Shown here: piece by piece, positions 60,781 through 64,000 of the stretch | Layout: the number at the start of each line of letters is the position of its first letter | How positions within the stretch are numbered: position 1 is the first letter of the stretch | From: Paraspadella gotoi | Lineage: Eukaryota > Animalia > Chaetognatha | Reading direction: 5' to 3' | Length of the DNA: 64,000 nucleotides | Assembly (NCBI GenBank): GCA_051294375.1 | Contig: CM119270.1 | Span: 1,710,091-1,774,090 of the forward strand | The notes under the pieces: model-generated | Database searches by the model: none | Told to the model about the DNA's origin: nothing | What the model saw: the letters and a program-made list of their open reading frames with translations, nothing else | Made by a program: the position numbers and the translations under genes

Positions 60781-62009
60781 GTAAGTTAATTATTAATTTT
60801 TTTTTTAAATGGGGGATTTGTTGTTTTTTTTCGAAGTGTAGTGGGAGTTTTGTTTCGTCTTTCTGTTTTTTTTTTAGTTAAGTCTTGTTTCGTTTGAAGG
60901 CTCAAATTCTCAATCGGCTGATTCGTTGGTACAAATCATTAAAAAAATCCACACTGGATAGTGGAGTGAATAGTTTATTTTAACGTTGCCCATGTTTTTA
61001 AAAATCGTTTGTTAATATTTTTTATTTAAATTCTTACATTGATTTCGCGGTAATAAGTAGTTTCTGCTCATTAGCTGAGTTCTTGAATACAAATGAAGAA
61101 AAAAATTGAAAGAAAATCAAAAAAATCCCTAAATAGATTTGGAAGATTAAATCTGGCAAAAGACAATTACAGCCAAAACAACAACAACGACGACGACGAC
61201 AACAACAATAATTTTCCTCACAAAATCTAATCTTCTTTTATTTATTCTCGATCAGAAGAAAAACTCGAACACAAAATTCGGACATAAAATCTTTTCATTT
61301 AGACCGAAAATCGTTTTTAAATTTCCCCCCAGATTCGATTTTTAAATCTTCATTAAATCTTCTTATTCGCACAAACTTCACCCAAATCTTTTCATAAATC
61401 TTCTCTCTTCGACCAAACATTTACGAAAAAATGATTAAGATGTTCAAAGAAAAAGGGAGGGAATCTTTTGGCGAAGGAAGCGTTTAAAGAAAAATACAGG
61501 ACTGGATGTTTCGCTGACTTAATATTATAATCATAAAAAATTATGAGGCAAAACTTTTGACAAAACCTCATCGTGGGAATGTTATTACGAATCTTTTTAA
61601 TATTTGACAAGGAGGGATAATGATGGCTCGATCCTTATATCAATTAAAATCGAAATTAAGTGTGAGAAAAGAAAATCTAGAAATTGCAATCTGTAAATGA
61701 AGGAGAAAAAAAAACAAGGGTAATTTCTAGTCGTTAACTTAACTTAACTTTGTTTTTAAGTGATCACAAGCAAAAGTGATCACATTCAAAAGCGATCACA
61801 TTCAAAAGTGATCACGTGATTAAGTAAGTATGTAAAATTTTCATCCAGCCTTCCAAGTATTAACTTGAATGACTCCGTATTATTTTAGTTATTTATATAA
61901 ACATTTTGGTTATACAATTTAAATTCTCAGTAATTACATATGAAACATATGCGCAATGAAAGTTTCTTGATATAGCGGATTTGTCAGTTTTTAAACAAGT
62001 TATATGTGG

Positions 62010-62266
62010 ATAAGGCGCTAAGTGGGCTGAAGATGATTATCCGTAACTTCTATAACCCCCTTTAGTAGCCATGGAACGGGTCCTGGGCTTGGAACCAGGC
62101 TTGAGGGGTTGCCACGCCCCCAAGGCGGCTTACGGCCGTCCTCACGCTTCCCACAGGGTAGGTACCGGGTTGGGATTGAACCCGGTACCTAGTGGTCATG
62201 AGCTGATGGCTTTTCTCAATGAGCCACCGGCTTATAGGCGGGGTGAACCTAGGCAATGCCCGACTA
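62010..62266 (-). mobile_element. tRNA-headed dispersed element S1 (best copy; partly repeated at 63910-64000)
   Basis: Minus strand: cctataagccggTGGCTCATTGAG...ctcatga...ggGTTCAATCC, followed by a GC-rich hairpin body. Confidence 0.75.
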
Positions 62267-62292
62267 CATATATACATGTTATAACGTAACTT

Positions 62293-62388
62293 GGACGGAC
62301 GGACCAATCAATCGATAAACTGACCGACCATTGGACACGAAAGTGATTTAAAGAGTTACTTCGCGAGGACTCGCCCTGCAACTAAAAA
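62293..62388 (-). mobile_element. Helentron/DINE-1-like end, degenerate
   Basis: ggacggacggacc...aaagtgatttaaagagttacttcgcgaggactcgccctgcaactaaaaa is homologous to 49040-49153. Confidence 0.55.
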
Positions 62389-62669
62389 CCCCCGGTTAAT
62401 CGTCGATACGTGATCCATTTATTCCAATATATTCACGGTTTACAATAAGGAATTCGCCCGTACATTCTTCACGACTGTGAAGGTCATAAAAAGAGATAAA
62501 CTCTCGGGTCGTTATTTCCGGTGCCCGTTGTACGAACTCGGGAGTCGTTATAAGAAAAAAAAAGAGAAAGTCGTGTATTTGTTATTCATTGCTCGTCGCT
62601 GTTAGAGGGGGACAGACGGAGTGAGCAGATATTGCATTACAGGAAGAGAGAGAGAGAGAGAGAGAGACC

Positions 62670-62712
<43 letters not shown>

Positions 62713-63130
62713 AGGAGAGAGTGACAAGGAAAGAAAAAAAGAAGAGAGAGAGCGTATAATAAAAAAGATAAGCCTTATCACAACACAGCGAGCAGTCAAG
62801 CAACCTTGGCCGCCGAATAAACGATCAAGTTTAACATACCTCTTTGCCTCACCTAAGAAAATAGGGTTAGGAAAATCCTTTTTAACTTATTTTTTTTGCT
62901 TTTCTTTTACTTTTTTTACTTTTTTTTTCTAATTTTTTTTTTTTATGAAAATTTGCAAAATTACTTGTTTCACTATTTTCTATTTTATTTATTTTATAAA
63001 GGTTTTACTATTTACTTTAAATAATTTAATTATAAATTTATTTCTCTTTTCATTTTTTTTCTTTTCATTAAATCTAATAATTCATTTTTGGGAGGGGGAG
63101 GTCAGTGTTGTGTTCTGGAAATAGAGAGAG

Positions 63131-63166
63131 TGTGGCGGTATATTCACACCGCCTCACGTCCACCAT
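63131..63166. mobile_element. Start of another LTR A copy, cut by a gap
   Basis: tgtggcggtatattcacaccgcctcac matches the termini at 21259 and 21753. Confidence 0.85.
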
Positions 63167-63191
63167 NNNNNNNNNNNNNNNNNNNNNNNNN

Positions 63192-64000
63192 AAAATCGTT
63201 TTTTAAATTTCCCCCAGATTCGATTTTTAAATCTTCATTAAATCTTCTATTCGCACAAACTTCACCCAAAATCTTTTCATAAATCTTCTCTCTTCGACCA
63301 AACATTACGAAAAAATGATTAAGATGTTCAAAGAAAAAGGGAGGGAATCTTTTGGCGAAGGAAGCGTTTAAAGAAAAATACAGGACTGGATGTTTCGCTG
63401 ACTTAATATTATAATCATAAAAAATTATGAGGCCAAAACTTTTGACAAAACCTCATCGTGGGAATGTTATTACGAATCTTTTTAATATTTGACAAGGAGG
63501 GATAATGATGGCTCGATCCTTATATCAATTAAAATCGAAATTAAGTGTGAGAAAAGAAAATCTAGAAATTGAAATCTGTAAATGAAGGAGAAAAAAAAAG
63601 GGTAATTTCTATGTATTAACTTAACTTAACTTTGTTTTTAAGTGATCACAAGCAAAAGTGATCACATTCAAAAGTGATCACATTCAAAAGCGATCACATT
63701 CAAAAGTGGATCACGTGATTAAGTAAGTATGTAAAATTTTCATCCAGCCTTCCAAGTATTAACTTGAATGACTCCGTATTATTTAGTTATTTATATAAAC
63801 ATTTTGCGTTATACAATTTAAATTCTCAGTAATTACATATGAAACATATGCGCAATGAAAGTTTCTTGATATAGCGGATTTGTCAGTTTTTAAACAAGTT
63901 ATATGTGGATAAGGCGCTAAGTGGGCTGAAGATGATTATCCGTAACTTCTATAACCCCCTTTAGTAGCCATGGAACGGGTCCTGGGCTTGGAACCAGGCT
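63192..64000. repeat. Near-identical duplicate of 61307-62101
   Basis: Begins right after a 25-N gap; differs by small indels and one extra aaaagtgatcacattc unit. Confidence 0.93.

Noticed and set aside
62160-62232. Functional tRNA-Met gene
   Set aside because: A and B boxes and a CAT loop are present, but I could not form the acceptor and anticodon stems, and it is part of a dispersed repeat.

Overview
Animal (invertebrate-like) draft-scaffold DNA, very rich in GA/TC, TCG, ATG and ATCA microsatellites. It carries many single-base indels and ten identical 25-N gaps, several of them next to duplicated sequence, which is typical of long-read gap filling. Most of the ORF track is low-complexity noise. 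Genes: (1) a clear Kv4/Shal potassium channel on the + strand, with five exons from 55.5 to 60.8 kb running from T1 to the pore TTLG; the only complete exon 1 is an inverted copy. (2) Scattered, error-garbled minus-strand exons from about 47.7 to 12.1 kb whose motifs follow the order of the C-terminal half of a divergent dynein heavy chain. (3) Weak ankyrin-like fragments at 4-6 kb. A ~8 kb block occurs four times (13.9-39.0 kb), and its copies differ in small mobile elements: a 746 bp TRIM-like two-LTR element, a 222 bp solo LTR with ATAT TSD and a 614 bp hAT MITE with 8 bp TSD. Also present are a dispersed tRNA-headed element that keeps upstream TATA sequence and carries a twister-ribozyme-like hairpin, Helentron-like ends, and two tandem arrays built from Shal exon ends plus splice donors. 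No CRISPR, rRNA or intact tRNA gene was seen.
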